Positions 11,101 to 21,510 of a DNA stretch of 64,000 nt are shown here, one piece after another. This stretch comes from Carpediemonas membranifera BICM (Eukaryota; Protista; Fornicata). Below the pieces are notes generated by a model. It worked only from the letters and a program-made list of their open reading frames with translations, was not told the DNA's origin and searched no databases. The stretch covers positions 357,214 through 421,213 of the forward strand of contig JAHDYR010000011.1 in NCBI GenBank assembly GCA_019828565.1. Reading direction: 5' to 3'. The translations under genes and the position numbers were made by a program. Position 1 is the first letter of the stretch, and every line of letters begins with the position of its first letter.

Positions 11101-12241
11101 TTTTTGGCCGGGGATGCTCTTGGACGTCAAAAAGCACATCAAGACGTGCCCCATTTGTCTGAAGACTCGCATCAAGGACTACTTTATCGCCCAAAAGGGC
11201 CAGACAAGACGCACCAGACCATGGGAGACAGTGGCAGTCGACACAATTGGCCCTATCCCAACGGATTCGCTGGGCGCTCGCTACATCATTGTGGCTGTAG
11301 ACATGTTTACAAGATACACCGAGCTCGTCGCAGTCGCATCGATCGACGCCGAGACCTCCGCCAGGGCCCTATGGGACCACGTTTTCACGCGACACGGGAT
11401 ACCGGCGGAGATTCTGTCCGACGGCGGCCCGGAGTACGCGAACTCGATAGTTGAACAACTCACAACGTCATTGAAAGTCGCACACCACTTCACCATCCCG
11501 TTTCATCCACAGAGCAATGGTCTCGTGGAGAGAAGGAATGCGGAGATTGGAAGACACCTACGGTGGCTTGTCCTGGCAATAGCCTACAAAGACCAGTGGT
11601 GCGGACTCCTACCGACGGTCCAGATGATTATCAACGGCACGACACATACGGCCACGAAGTTCTCCCCGCACGAGCTGATATTTGGCCATGAGCACAACAT
11701 GTTTACAAGCTGGTGGACGAACGACAACAACTCTCCGATCAGAGATTTCCCAGAGTTCAAAAAGGACCTGGAGCTGGCCCTTAACGCCCTGGAGACCACT
11801 GCCAGAGAGAGTGTGGGCCCGGGCCAAAAGACAATAGTCAACACCGAACTGCCGGGTGACTACGTCCTCTGGAAAGATGAGGCCCCTCAGAAGCTAGACG
11901 CGCGCAACAGGGGCCCATGGAAGGTACACGATGTACTTGATAATAACAGAATAGTCCTGCAGTCGATACTCGACGGATCGACCAGATCAACCCACATTGA
12001 AAAACTGATGATGTTCGACACGGATGCCGTAACGGACACGATGATGCTTCAACTTGCAAGCTTCGACCAGAAAAAATGGGAGGTAGAGCGAGTAGTATCG
12101 GTAGACTGGAAAGAAGGGACAGCCGCCATCAAGTGGGTAGGATTCGAAAACATAACGGAAGAACCACTCTCGGGAGTGAAACACCTCGAGGAGATGAAGA
12201 GGTTGGCCCGTAAGGCGAGGAAGAACCTGAAACTCTACTAA
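8128..12241 (+). CDS. gag-pol: Ty3-3 Gag-Pol, single ORF with four apparent +1 homopolymer frameshifts (near 10605, 10822, 10875, 11103)
   Basis: CRFCGGPHMDFRC knuckle, VVDTGAS protease, YLDD, ETDAS, DTIGP/SDGG/ERRN, NRGPW, KWEVERV..IKWVGF chromodomain. Confidence 0.9.
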
Positions 12242-12299
12242 CCATCTTTTTCCCCCGTTCCTTGCAGGTTGGGGGTTTTCTCATCAAAAAGGGAGGTAG

Positions 12300-12381
12300 T
12301 GTCACCGGTATATAAACTGCTCCGTCCAGTTTTGACCACTTTTACCCCGCTGCGGTTTACTGTAAATGATTTCAACCGACA
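12300..12381 (+). repeat. Ty3-3 3' LTR
   Basis: Direct repeat of 8025-8106 following PPT AAAAAGGGAGGTAG. Confidence 0.95.
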
Positions 12382-12394
12382 GCATTGGCCCGTC

Positions 12395-12660
12395 ATCCGT
12401 GTCGCCTTCGGCCATCCTCACGGTTTCTGCTGGAGGGATACGATCTGCTCGCGATCGGGACGGATCAAGACCGTATCCACAATCATATCTTTCGAGATTT
12501 TCTAAATATTTTGGCCATCTTTCTCGTGTCCCCGGAATCCTGTTCTGACACACCCTGACCCAGCAGTGTCAGGGCGTGAGCCACGCCCGAGGCGTGATAG
12601 CTTACATATCGATGATATGCCGACCATTTGGTCGACGATAATCGACTATTCCAAATTGAT
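12395..12660 (-). repeat. DIRS-1 internal B1/A2 junction repeats
   Basis: Match 16526-16751 and 7954-7993. Confidence 0.9.
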
Positions 12661-12863
12661 GCATCCCGCCATCTAACCTTGCGATGGTACCCCTGAGCCT
12701 TCCTCTACTGCACTTATGACCTTCTGTGCCGGTTATACGTGGCATATGTAATTCCTGTTCCGAATCCGAGAAACATCCATTTCTCTAACTCTTGCCTGAT
12801 TCTTTTCCCCTCGTTCCGTTTCATCTCCCTTTATCGCTACAATGCTCTCTTATGTCCTATTTT

Positions 12864-15800
12864 CTATGTTCTTCTCTGCAGAGCATGCTGTGAGATTCGA
12901 ATGGCCTCTTCACAGTATCTATTCACCGAATCGATCGACTTCCAGCCTCCTAGTGCCTGAATAACCAATGGGGAACGCCCTTCATCGATCATGTGAACGA
13001 CGGCTCCACGTCTGAAGCTGTCCTGTTGCCTTGAAGACCTCGTTGACGTCCATGATCATCTCCCATCTGCGCCACCTTGTTGCTGTCAGTGGAAGGCAGT
13101 TGTCTCTCAGCAGGCTCTCGGTGTGCTGTATGGATCTCCACAGGGGTCCTTCCGTCTGAATGTCGTTGAGGTGTGCTCTCAGCCACTTGGCTGGGCTTAA
13201 GCCTCCTGCTGCTAGTAGTGGGATCAGCTTCACCATGGGCTCATCCCTGGTCTTGGATCTTCGAATAGTGATCTCGTAGCCCTCTCTCACCCGCCGAACG
13301 TCGGTCGTGAGTAAGCTCATTATCTCCCCTGATCTGCTGACGGTGGAGAAGCACGTCAGTCCGAAGGCTACTGCCTGCGTGAGCGCCGGTGACTTGGTCT
13401 TGCGCGCCGCGGCTGCTGCTCTCTTCAGCTGCTCGACTGTCACCGGGTATGCCTTTCCAGTCTTACGACCCACAGTGAGCTCGCACTTGCCGGCCATTCT
13501 TGCACACGCGCGTATAAGAGCCCTGTGGATGGGTGAGCTCTCCAGACCATGGTTGATCGACTCTAGGCCAGTCCTGATATTTGCTTCCTTGACGAGGAAT
13601 GTGTCCTTGGCAATGAAAGGGATCTCTTGTATCATGTAGTGTAGGAGGTAGTCGTCATCAGGCGCCATCTGTGCGATCTCTTCGACTTCTGCTCTCCAGT
13701 CTGCGTCCCTAATGCGTTGTGCCATCTCGCCCAGGAAAACGGCTGTTTCTGCCCTTGCTCCTACCGTGTCTCTGTTCTCTCCAGCTTCCTCCTCTTCCTC
13801 CATCATACGTTCTGCAAAACTGATGTACTTTGCCGTCTCCACGGCTATGCGCTCTCGGGTGCTCCGTTCCCGGTCCCTGATGAGTGCTGCTCCGAGTATC
13901 TGATCTCTGAGGCCTGTCTCGAACTCTCTGGGGCTTCTTCGCCACCTGTGCTCCTCCTGTCTTCCGCTGGCGATACGTTCTCTCGCTCTCTGTTGCAGGA
14001 CTCCCCCGGCTGTGAGGACGAGGTCTCTGTGGCGATCGGGATCCAGTAGGCTATGAACGTCGCTCTCTGCTTGCCTGTGAAGAGGCTCCCTATCTCCGTG
14101 TGGGCCCACCAGCTGGTCGGGAACGCTGCCTCGAACCAGTCCTGTGCTATGGCTGCCAGTCTGGCGTTGGAGTTCGTCCTGCGTTGTGGTGCGATGACTA
14201 ATAGGCCTCTCTGCTGCAGTGCGGGGTGCGTCTCGTCTGACGTGGCGATCTCCTCCGCCCTGGCGATGACCTTGTCCAGTAGGCTGACTGGTGGGACCGC
14301 CAATGACCTCATCTCTGACCAATTGCATGTAAATGCGTCCGTCTGGAAGTCGTGGTCCTCCGGCAGGAATCTCTCCGCGCAGAAGAGTGATCGGTCTACT
14401 GACCCCCATCGTTCCAGCGCGCTCTGGAGCATCGCCGCGGGTGAGTTCCAGTCCAGCTTCCGGTACCTGGACAGCCCGTCGGCAGTCGTGTTGTATCTCC
14501 CTGGAATGTGCTTGGTTCTTATCCTGCAGCCAATCTCGAACAAGTAGTCGTGAAGCTTCACAATCGTCCTTCTGATGTGTCGGGGGGCTCTGGTGCTTGA
14601 CTTCAGGACCCATGAAAGCGCTGATGTGTTGTCCCCGGCTAGGAGTAGGTCCCTCTCCTGAATGTCGCTCGTCCATCTCCGCAGGCCTTCCTCCATTGCC
14701 CATAGCTCCTTCGCGTTGATGCTCTTGGAGCATTGTGCCTCTGAGAACCTGCCCTGGATGTTGAGGGACGTGTCTTCGACAAACAGCGTCGCGCCGAACG
14801 CATAGTCCGACGCGTCGGTCTCCATACGAAGTACCTGGCCTCTTGGGCCGAAGTACCATGCCGGATCGGATGATAGCTGTCTGGCCCACCACCGCAGGTC
14901 CGTTCGTAGGTCCTGGGGCAGGCTGGACTTTGGGTACCGCACTCGGTCGTCGCAGCCAGCGATCCTGACCTGCAGCTCTCTGAGCCGGACAAGTGCCCGC
15001 GTCCCTAGTGCGAACCGGCAGAAGAGTAGCTTTCCGTGAAGGGTCTGAAGGTCCCGCTTTGTGTGTCTCTTGAGTTGCAGGTTGGCTATGAGACTGCTGT
15101 ACTGAGCCCTCTTCTCCTCTGGCAGCGACATCGTCATCTCGCGCAAGTCGACTATCACGCCCAAGTAAGTTACCCTCTGGGACGGGGTCAAGTGGCACTT
15201 CTCTCTCGATAGGACGACTCCAAGTGAGTCCAAGATCTCTAAGATCCGTGGGACCTGGGCGCTCAACGACACTCTCGAGCGACTGATTATGAGCAGATCG
15301 TCCAGATACACGTATATTATCAGTCCTTCGAGAAGTGAGCGCAAGATCTTCGCCATCTGTGACGTAACCGACTGAAACTGCCGTGGCGCCGTTGAGAGGC
15401 CGAAAGGGAGTCCTCTTCATCTGTATTGTTCTCCCTCGAACGAGAATCCGAGTTCCTGTCGTGAGTTCTCCTCCACTAGGAGCTGGTAGTACCCGGACTT
15501 CATGTCCAATGTTATTCCCCACGAGTTTCTCGGAACGCCATGCTGTATCTCTGCTAGGCCCTTCAGCCTGAATGTTAGGTCCTCTTGGTATGCATTGACC
15601 GGTCTCAGGTCGTGTATCAGACGGTAGCTGCCTGCGATCTTCTTCTCTAATGTAAACAGGGGGCATATTGTCGTCGCCTCGCCCTTCTCTATTGCTTTCT
15701 GTTGCAGTAGCTCCTCTAGTAGAGCCTTCATCGTGTCTGTCTCCTTCTGGAGGTGCGCATTGAGCGCCGGTGCTGCCGGGGTGACCTTCACTCCCTCTCG

Positions 15801-15978
15801 TAACAGTTGCACCACCTCCCTGCTGGCCCCGAGGGCCTCCCACCTCATCCACCGACGGCTCATCGAGCCCGTCAGCCCCTGTATACACTGGGTGGAGGTG
15901 TCTTGCTGATCTTCTTGTGCTTCTTCTCTTTCCATTGCAAACAAACTCTTCGAAGTATATCGAGCCTTTTATAGTCAT
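12864..15978 (-). pseudogene. DIRS-1 tyrosine recombinase ORF (long N-terminal frame overlapping RT), frameshift near 13019
   Basis: SRSGE, RSKT; after the shift SFRRG..ALGGWKS..NRY, stop at 12864. Confidence 0.85.
13845..15944 (-). pseudogene. DIRS-1 RT, RNase H and DAM-like methyltransferase ORF with in-frame TGA at 15417-15419
   Basis: LDMKSGYYQ, QYR*RGLPFG, YLDD, TDAS, INAKEL, DNTSA, ADGLSR; WG.VD.SLF..DAF..NW..AVPP methyltransferase-like tail. Confidence 0.9.
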
Positions 15979-16546
15979 CGGGTTCAGGCTTAACCCTTCT
16001 CTGGCCTCTACTGGGCCCGCCCCGGTCCGAGGTCGGTTGCCGGGGCACGACGGTTGTTGTTGTTGAAGCGGGGAGAGTTGCGGCTGAAGCCGCCGAAGCC
16101 TCTCTGGAACCGCTTGGGTCGAGGAGGCGGTGGGTGGCCTTGGCCGCCTTGGCGGCCAGCACTACGAAGCGTTGCGCGTCTCGTTCTTCTCTCGAAATAG
16201 CCATGAAGTAGCGCGCAGCGGTGTCGGAGTGGCTGTCATATAGCCGTAGGAACTCGAGTCTGCGCTCGAAGACCGCCTCGATCGCGGCTTCGATCTGGTT
16301 GACGCGCGTCATCTCCGGGTTGTTGAGGATACCTCTGATGTCGGCAAGTGTCTCGCGGAGGTGGTCGTACTCCTTAGCAACGGCTCCTATCCGAGACGGG
16401 CGTCTCGGGTCCCGTGTACTGTCCTTAACCGATGAAACATCCGAACGGAGTGCCGTAATGACGTTCTGCTGCTGTTGTATGAGCTCAGCAAGGCTCTCCA
16501 TGGTGACAGGCGGCGGATCAGCGTTATCCGTGTCGCCTTCGGCCAT
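15872..16546 (-). CDS. DIRS-1 Gag-like ORF1
   Basis: First ORF after A1 (MAEGDTD...), coiled-coil, overlaps the RT and YR starts. Confidence 0.7.
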   Translation of the reverse strand: MAEGDTDNADPPPVTMESLAELIQQQQNVITALRSDVSSVKDSTRDPRRPSRIGAVAKEYDHLRETLADIRGILNNPEMTRVNQIEAAIEAVFERRLEFLRLYDSHSDTAARYFMAISREERDAQRFVVLAAKAAKATHRLLDPSGSREASAASAATLPASTTTTVVPRQPTSDRGGPSRGQRRVKPEPDDYKRLDILRRVCLQWKEKKHKKISKTPPPSVYRG

Positions 16547-16751
16547 CCTCACGGTTTCTGCTGGAGGGATACGATCTGCTCGCGATCGGGACGGATCAAG
16601 ACCGTATCCACAATCATATCTTTCGAGATTTTCTAAATATTTTGGCCATCTTTCTCGTGTCCCCGGAATCCTGTTCTGACACACCCTGACCCAGCAGTGT
16701 CAGGGCGTGAGCCACGCCCGAGGCGTGATAGCTTACATATCGATGATATGC
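16526..16751 (-). repeat. DIRS-1 A1 terminal repeat
   Basis: Identical to 12395-12620. Confidence 0.9.
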
Positions 16752-16753
16752 AA

Positions 16754-16826
16754 GCCCGTCTAGCTCAGTCGGTAGAGCGCTGGACTCTTAATCCAGTGGT
16801 CGAGGGTTCGAGCCCCTCGGTGGGCG
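16754..16826 (+). tRNA. tRNA-Lys(CTT)
   Basis: GCCCGTC acceptor, TAGCTCAGTCGGTAGAGC D arm, CTGGA-CTCTTAA-TCCAG anticodon arm, GGTTCGAG, downstream T run. Confidence 0.97.
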
Positions 16827-16892
16827 CTTCTTTTGGCCCATATTTTGCTGCTGCGGCCGCCCGCGTCAAAGATGCGAAGGAAGGCAAATGAG

Positions 16893-16977
16893 GATAGCCC
16901 ACGTGTTGTATCGCGTTCACAGAGCTACTAGGAAGCCTTTATAGTCTCTTATTATTCTTCTTCATTGCTGCAGTCAC
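16893..16977. repeat. 85-bp direct repeat, copy 1
   Basis: One mismatch to 32811-32895. Confidence 0.9.
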
Positions 16978-17438
16978 GATAACAACGTGGAGAAGAACTT
17001 GAAGGAACGGTTCGCCAACATCACTATCTGCTTCTGGCTGTTGGGCCGATTGAGTTCCAGGATAGACTAGCATGACAAGGGGGCTATACATTACCGTATG
17101 TTTCAAGATGAGAAAAAACGAGAATCGATTTGGACAACCGAGAGAAACGTCTCGTACAAACCAGAGAGAGCTTTCTCGCACACTTCTCGATCCACAAGGA
17201 GTGACTCTAGCACGCATTTTAATTCTGTTTATATATTCTGCGGTTGTCGTGAATCCGCCCAGAACCGTCTCGAGGCAGCGTCAATAACCGCAAAGCCTAC
17301 AGACTTCCCTACTCGCGATTGCTGGTCCAGTTATGGCTGATCGTCGTTCACGCTGGGGACCTAGTCACATCTAGCGATCTTTACATGAGCAACCATAAAT
17401 GGATAGTGGGCAGACAGAAGAAGGGCGTTGAGGCAACG

Positions 17439-18519
17439 ATGAATTGGCCTCAAGACGAAGATAAGTACGAACTCATTGAAATTATTGGCTCTGGAGGCTC
17501 AGCAAGTGTTTGGAAGGCCAAGTGCCTTGAGAACGACCAGTTTGTGGCCATCAAGGTCATTGATCTCGAGCACGGCAATTCCAGCTTCATAGATGAGATC
17601 AGACAGGAGATTCATACGATGACGATGACCCGCCATCCCAATCTCGTCAAGTTTTACGCCGTTTTCCCAACGGAAAAGTACCTTTGGATCGTCATGCCCC
17701 TTCTTGAGGGCTCAATCCATGACATAATGCACGCCGTGTCCCCAGAAGGCCTCAAGGAGGAGACCGTAGGCTATATCTTGCTCGAGGTGGTCGAGGCGCT
17801 GGTATACTTTCACTCTACTGGGCGTATTCACCGAGACATCAAAGCAGGTCCGTTCCCACAGGCCCATCGCTCACATAGGAAACATACTTGTCGACACTAA
17901 TCTCTGTGTGTATCTCGCAGACTTCGGTGTCTCGGCCTCAATGCTTGATGCTGGCTCGCGCATCAACAAGCGCCAGACTTTCGTGGGCACGCCATGCTGG
18001 ATGGCCCCGGAGGTTGTGGAGCAGAACAACAAGGGCTACGACCAGAAGGCGGATGTGTGGTCGCTCGGAATCACCGCTCTCGAGATGATGTACGGCGCAG
18101 CTCCCCACTCGGACCTGCCAGCCATGAAGGTCCTCATCAAGACCCTCCAGCGCGACCCGCCTGGCCCACCGCCCGAGACTAGCTCCAAGATGAAGTCATT
18201 CATCCACGGATGCCTCAAGCGATCGCCGCAGGAGCGTCTGTCAATGAAAGAACTCTTCGGCATCCTCCAGGCGTGGGCAGCCGCCAAGAAATCCCGCATT
18301 CCTAACGGGAAGCAGCAGCTAGGCGCTCTGCTGGGCCAGTACGTGGAGTACAAGCTGACCGCGTCACTCCGGAGCCCCAGTGCCTCGATCATCTCAGCCT
18401 TGGTGATGGCGCGCGAGCCGCCGGTAGTTCCCGCCGTGCTGGCGCCCTTAGCCGCCTGCTTAACGATGTACTTGGAGTTGGCGGGCGGATGCCAGTCTTT
18501 GAGGAACTCCTGTAGCTGA
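17439..18519 (+). CDS. STE20-family (OSR1/SPAK-like) Ser/Thr kinase; intron 17848-17878; native 3' end replaced by DIRS-2 sequence from about 18362
   Basis: IGSGGSA, VAIK, HRDIKAG/NIL after splicing a 31-nt GT..CTCACATAG intron, DFG, TFVGTPCWMAPE. Confidence 0.88.
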
Positions 18520-21060
18520 ACAATCCAGTAGCCCTTCCTCGCCACGTTCGATGGCCCGCAGAAGGAGCCTTCGTCCTTGAGGAAGGCTACAAGCTGGTCT
18601 CGATCCGACAGGCTGCGATCGCGAGAGCCTTCGAACCTGGCCACCCAGCCGGCCACCGTCCGAGCAGACGCGTGATTAAGGTGAATCACTCTGTCCGACC
18701 TGAGGACTCTGTGGAAAACGTCCTGAACGCCATCACATTGAACCGTAGGCGTCCTCTGTCCTGTAGGTGAAGTAGGTGGGCCAGATCTGAGCTCGAAGCC
18801 GGGACGGAGAGACGGAGTTTCCAGGACGTCCAACTCTTGAGGAGTCTCATCTCCGGCGCTTGAACCTCTGGGTAGAGGAGAAAGACTGCTGAGGTCCAAG
18901 ACCTCGGGTGTCCAGTCTGAGTCTGAACTCTCGCTGTCGCTATCTTCTGGACTATGGCTGCCATAGACGAATTGGGGGCCCAGAGGACGCGACATCCAAG
19001 CCTTACGTCTACGTCCGCTGAGACTGTCTGGACTGGACCCCACTCCGCGAGGACAGATTCCATGCTGGACTCCAGAGAGGAAGGGAGTCGTGAGAAGCCT
19101 CTGGACAGCCGATCTGCTGCCAGGTTGATGATGCCCGGAGTGTGTAGTCCACGGAGTGTCAGGTTCCGGTCCTCCGCCTCCTTCTGGATCTGGGCTAGAA
19201 TGTGCAGGGCCTGAGGTGGAGCCTTCGTAGACCCCGCCTTGTTGAGCCAGGCCAGAGCTGATGTGTTGTCTGAGAAGATCGATAGCTCGCGTTGGGAACT
19301 CTGTCTGCCGATCAGACGGATGCCCTGTAGGATTCCCGCGAGCTCCTTCACGTTGATAGATTCTGCTCTTAGTTCTGGAGTGAACGTGCCCGAGGCTGAG
19401 GTCCCATACTCGCCGTGCACGGCTGCTCCCCACTTGACTCCAGATGCGTCTGTCGATACGACGAGGTCTAAGGAGGGGTGAGCGCCCCAAAGCGACTGAA
19501 GTTCTCTGATGTCTCGGACTGGGCGCTCTCTTAGCAGTAGCAGCCACTCTTGCAGTAGCTCCTTGGAGAGTGGGTCCTGTTGAAGGTGTCTCAGCCGGAG
19601 GAAAGCCCCGTGGGCGGTTGTAGCGAAGTAAGTCAGTCTCCCGAGGATCTTGGCCCAAGTCTCCTGATCGATGGTCTTGCCTGCCAGAGCCTGATGAATG
19701 TGAGAGGAGTAACGTTTGGCCTTGTCCGCCGGGAGGCGTATTGTAAAACTCGCGGAGTCTATCACGAGCCCCAGATAGACCAATGACTGAGTCGGTGCCC
19801 ATTCTGACTTCTCCTCTGAGGTGAGGACACAGAGGTCGGCTAGAGTCCGCCTGATGCGCGGCACCGCCCTCCTCAGGATTTCTCGGTCGCGGTGAAATAA
19901 GAGGAAGTCGTCGAGGTAGACAACGATGGTAAGACCCGTCCGAAGGGCTAGTATCTTGGCGAGTTGGTTGGTGATCGTCTGAAACACGAACGGCGATGCG
20001 CGCCAGCCGAAGCCTAGCACTCTGTACTGAAACGCTCGTCCGTCTGGAAGATAGACTCCTAGCAGCTTGCGGTCCTCCTTCCGTACTGGTACTTGATGGT
20101 ACCCGGACTTGAGGTCGAACTTGACCATCCAGTCGCCCCTCTGGAGAAGGGAGAGAGCTCTGCGCAGACCGTAGAGCCGGAAGGATGAGCGCTCTGCCGA
20201 GCAGTCGTTCAGTATCGTGAGGTTGTGAATGATCCTCTTCGACTCGCCCTTCGGCACAGTAAACAGCGAGGCGGTGTGTCGCAGGGAAGAGGGATTCACT
20301 TGCTCTATGACGCCTGTCTCTATCAAGGAAGGAATCTGCTGGACAATGAATGGGTCGACTGTCGGCTGTTGCCTTGGTGCTGGTGGTTGACTTCTCAGAC
20401 GGATCTCGACCCCGTATCGTAACCAGTTGATCACCCGTTGTGATGCTCCCAACCTCTGCCACTCCCTCCACGCCGCGTTCATGCATGGAAAGAGGGTTAG
20501 GTGTGGGCTCTCTTGCCGGAGGATCCTGTCTGAGTGCGACCTCGGTCCTGAGCGCGGCCACCGCGGCGAAAATTAGCGTCGCGCTTATCGCCCTTAGACT
20601 TGGCGCGGGCCGCCAGTTCCAGGACCTCGTCGCGATCAGGCACGCCCTTCGCCTTGCAATAGTTCTCGAACCGCTCTGCAGTAGCGTCAGTGTACACGTC
20701 CTTGATTAGAAGGTACTGGATTCTTGCAAAGAGAATGTTCCCGATCTCCTTCATCTTTGCGCCGTTCTCGATCCTATTCATGGTCTTGTATACGAATCTG
20801 GCCTCATCTTCGAGGCCGAACCTCTTTGGCATCTCCAGGAACAGTGGACGGCGAGCTGCTTCTGCTTGCTGCTCCAAAATTGCTTCCGATTGTATCTTAA
20901 CCAAGCGCTCCAGCTTCTCGATACGCTTGTTAAGCTCATCGGGACTGTCTTGCGGCGGCAGGTCTTCGTTATCAGACATCCTGCCGATGCGTTTCGAAGT
21001 GTGACCTAAAGTGCACATTGATCGGCGCGCGCAGGTGCCAGTGATGGTCCTGTGACAGGA
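18362..21060 (-). mobile_element. DIRS-2 copy 1 (3'-truncated within YR)
   Basis: Near-identical to 22062-24760; gag 20497-20979, RT 18686-20482. Confidence 0.93.
18686..20482 (-). CDS. DIRS-2 RT-RNase H (copy 1)
   Basis: FDLKSGYHQ, YLDD, TDAS, INVKEL, SDN, ADRLSR. Confidence 0.92.
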   Translation of the reverse strand: MNAAWREWQRLGASQRVINWLRYGVEIRLRSQPPAPRQQPTVDPFIVQQIPSLIETGVIEQVNPSSLRHTASLFTVPKGESKRIIHNLTILNDCSAERSSFRLYGLRRALSLLQRGDWMVKFDLKSGYHQVPVRKEDRKLLGVYLPDGRAFQYRVLGFGWRASPFVFQTITNQLAKILALRTGLTIVVYLDDFLLFHRDREILRRAVPRIRRTLADLCVLTSEEKSEWAPTQSLVYLGLVIDSASFTIRLPADKAKRYSSHIHQALAGKTIDQETWAKILGRLTYFATTAHGAFLRLRHLQQDPLSKELLQEWLLLLRERPVRDIRELQSLWGAHPSLDLVVSTDASGVKWGAAVHGEYGTSASGTFTPELRAESINVKELAGILQGIRLIGRQSSQRELSIFSDNTSALAWLNKAGSTKAPPQALHILAQIQKEAEDRNLTLRGLHTPGIINLAADRLSRGFSRLPSSLESSMESVLAEWGPVQTVSADVDVRLGCRVLWAPNSSMAAIVQKIATARVQTQTGHPRSWTSAVFLLYPEVQAPEMRLLKSWTSWKLRLSVPASSSDLAHLLHLQDRGRLRFNVMAFRTFSTESSGRTE

Positions 21061-21510
21061 TCCACAAAGTGTGGCTCTATAACAGAGAGCCCTCCTCTTA
21101 AATCCAACCAAAATGGGGGGGGCGAGTATTTACTTCGGGTGGCTTCCCCGAGCTCTTATGACAGACCCGGGTAAATCCTCGTCTCGCGGTCCGGTCAGGT
21201 CCTAACGGCTCCGACACCTGCCGATGCGTTTCGAAGTGTGACCTAAAGTGCACATTGATCGGCGCGCGCAGGTGCCAGTGATGGTCCTGTGACAGGATCC
21301 ACAAAGTGTGGCTCTATAACAGAGAGCCCTCCTCTTAAATCCAACCAAAATGGGACAATCCCGCAAGACGTCCCTGTGGGACTAAAGCTTTGGGCCGGCG
21401 AGTCTATCTCGCCTCGACCAGAGTTAAGAATTAATGATGAATCCAGGCCGGCGAGTCCGTCTCGCCTCGGCCGTTCCCCCTCGAACGCGGATGTTTAATG
21501 GAGGGGGTGG

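Larger units (their letters stand above)
8025..12381 (+). mobile_element. Complete Ty3/gypsy chromodomain element Ty3-3 (4357 bp, 82-bp LTRs)
   Basis: LTRs 8025-8106 and 12300-12381 (1 mismatch, TGTC/GACA ends); PPT 12286-12299; flanks GCCT/GCAT (imperfect 4-bp TSD). Confidence 0.95.
7954..16751 (-). mobile_element. DIRS-order tyrosine-recombinase retrotransposon DIRS-1 (A1-ORFs-B1-A2-B2), containing Ty3-3
   Basis: A1 16526-16751 = A2 12395-12620 (226 bp); B1 12621-12660 = B2 7954-7993 (40 bp); gag, RT/RH/MT and YR ORFs. Confidence 0.92.

Noticed and set aside
15417-15419. Alternative genetic code or readthrough (TGA here and TAG at 26618-26620, both at expected Trp positions)
   Set aside because: Both codons terminate host genes, and single G-to-A changes from TGG explain them.
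16893-16977. U6 snRNA or snoRNA (ACAGAG)
   Set aside because: Lacks the ACAGAGA-AGC context and clear C/D or H/ACA boxes.
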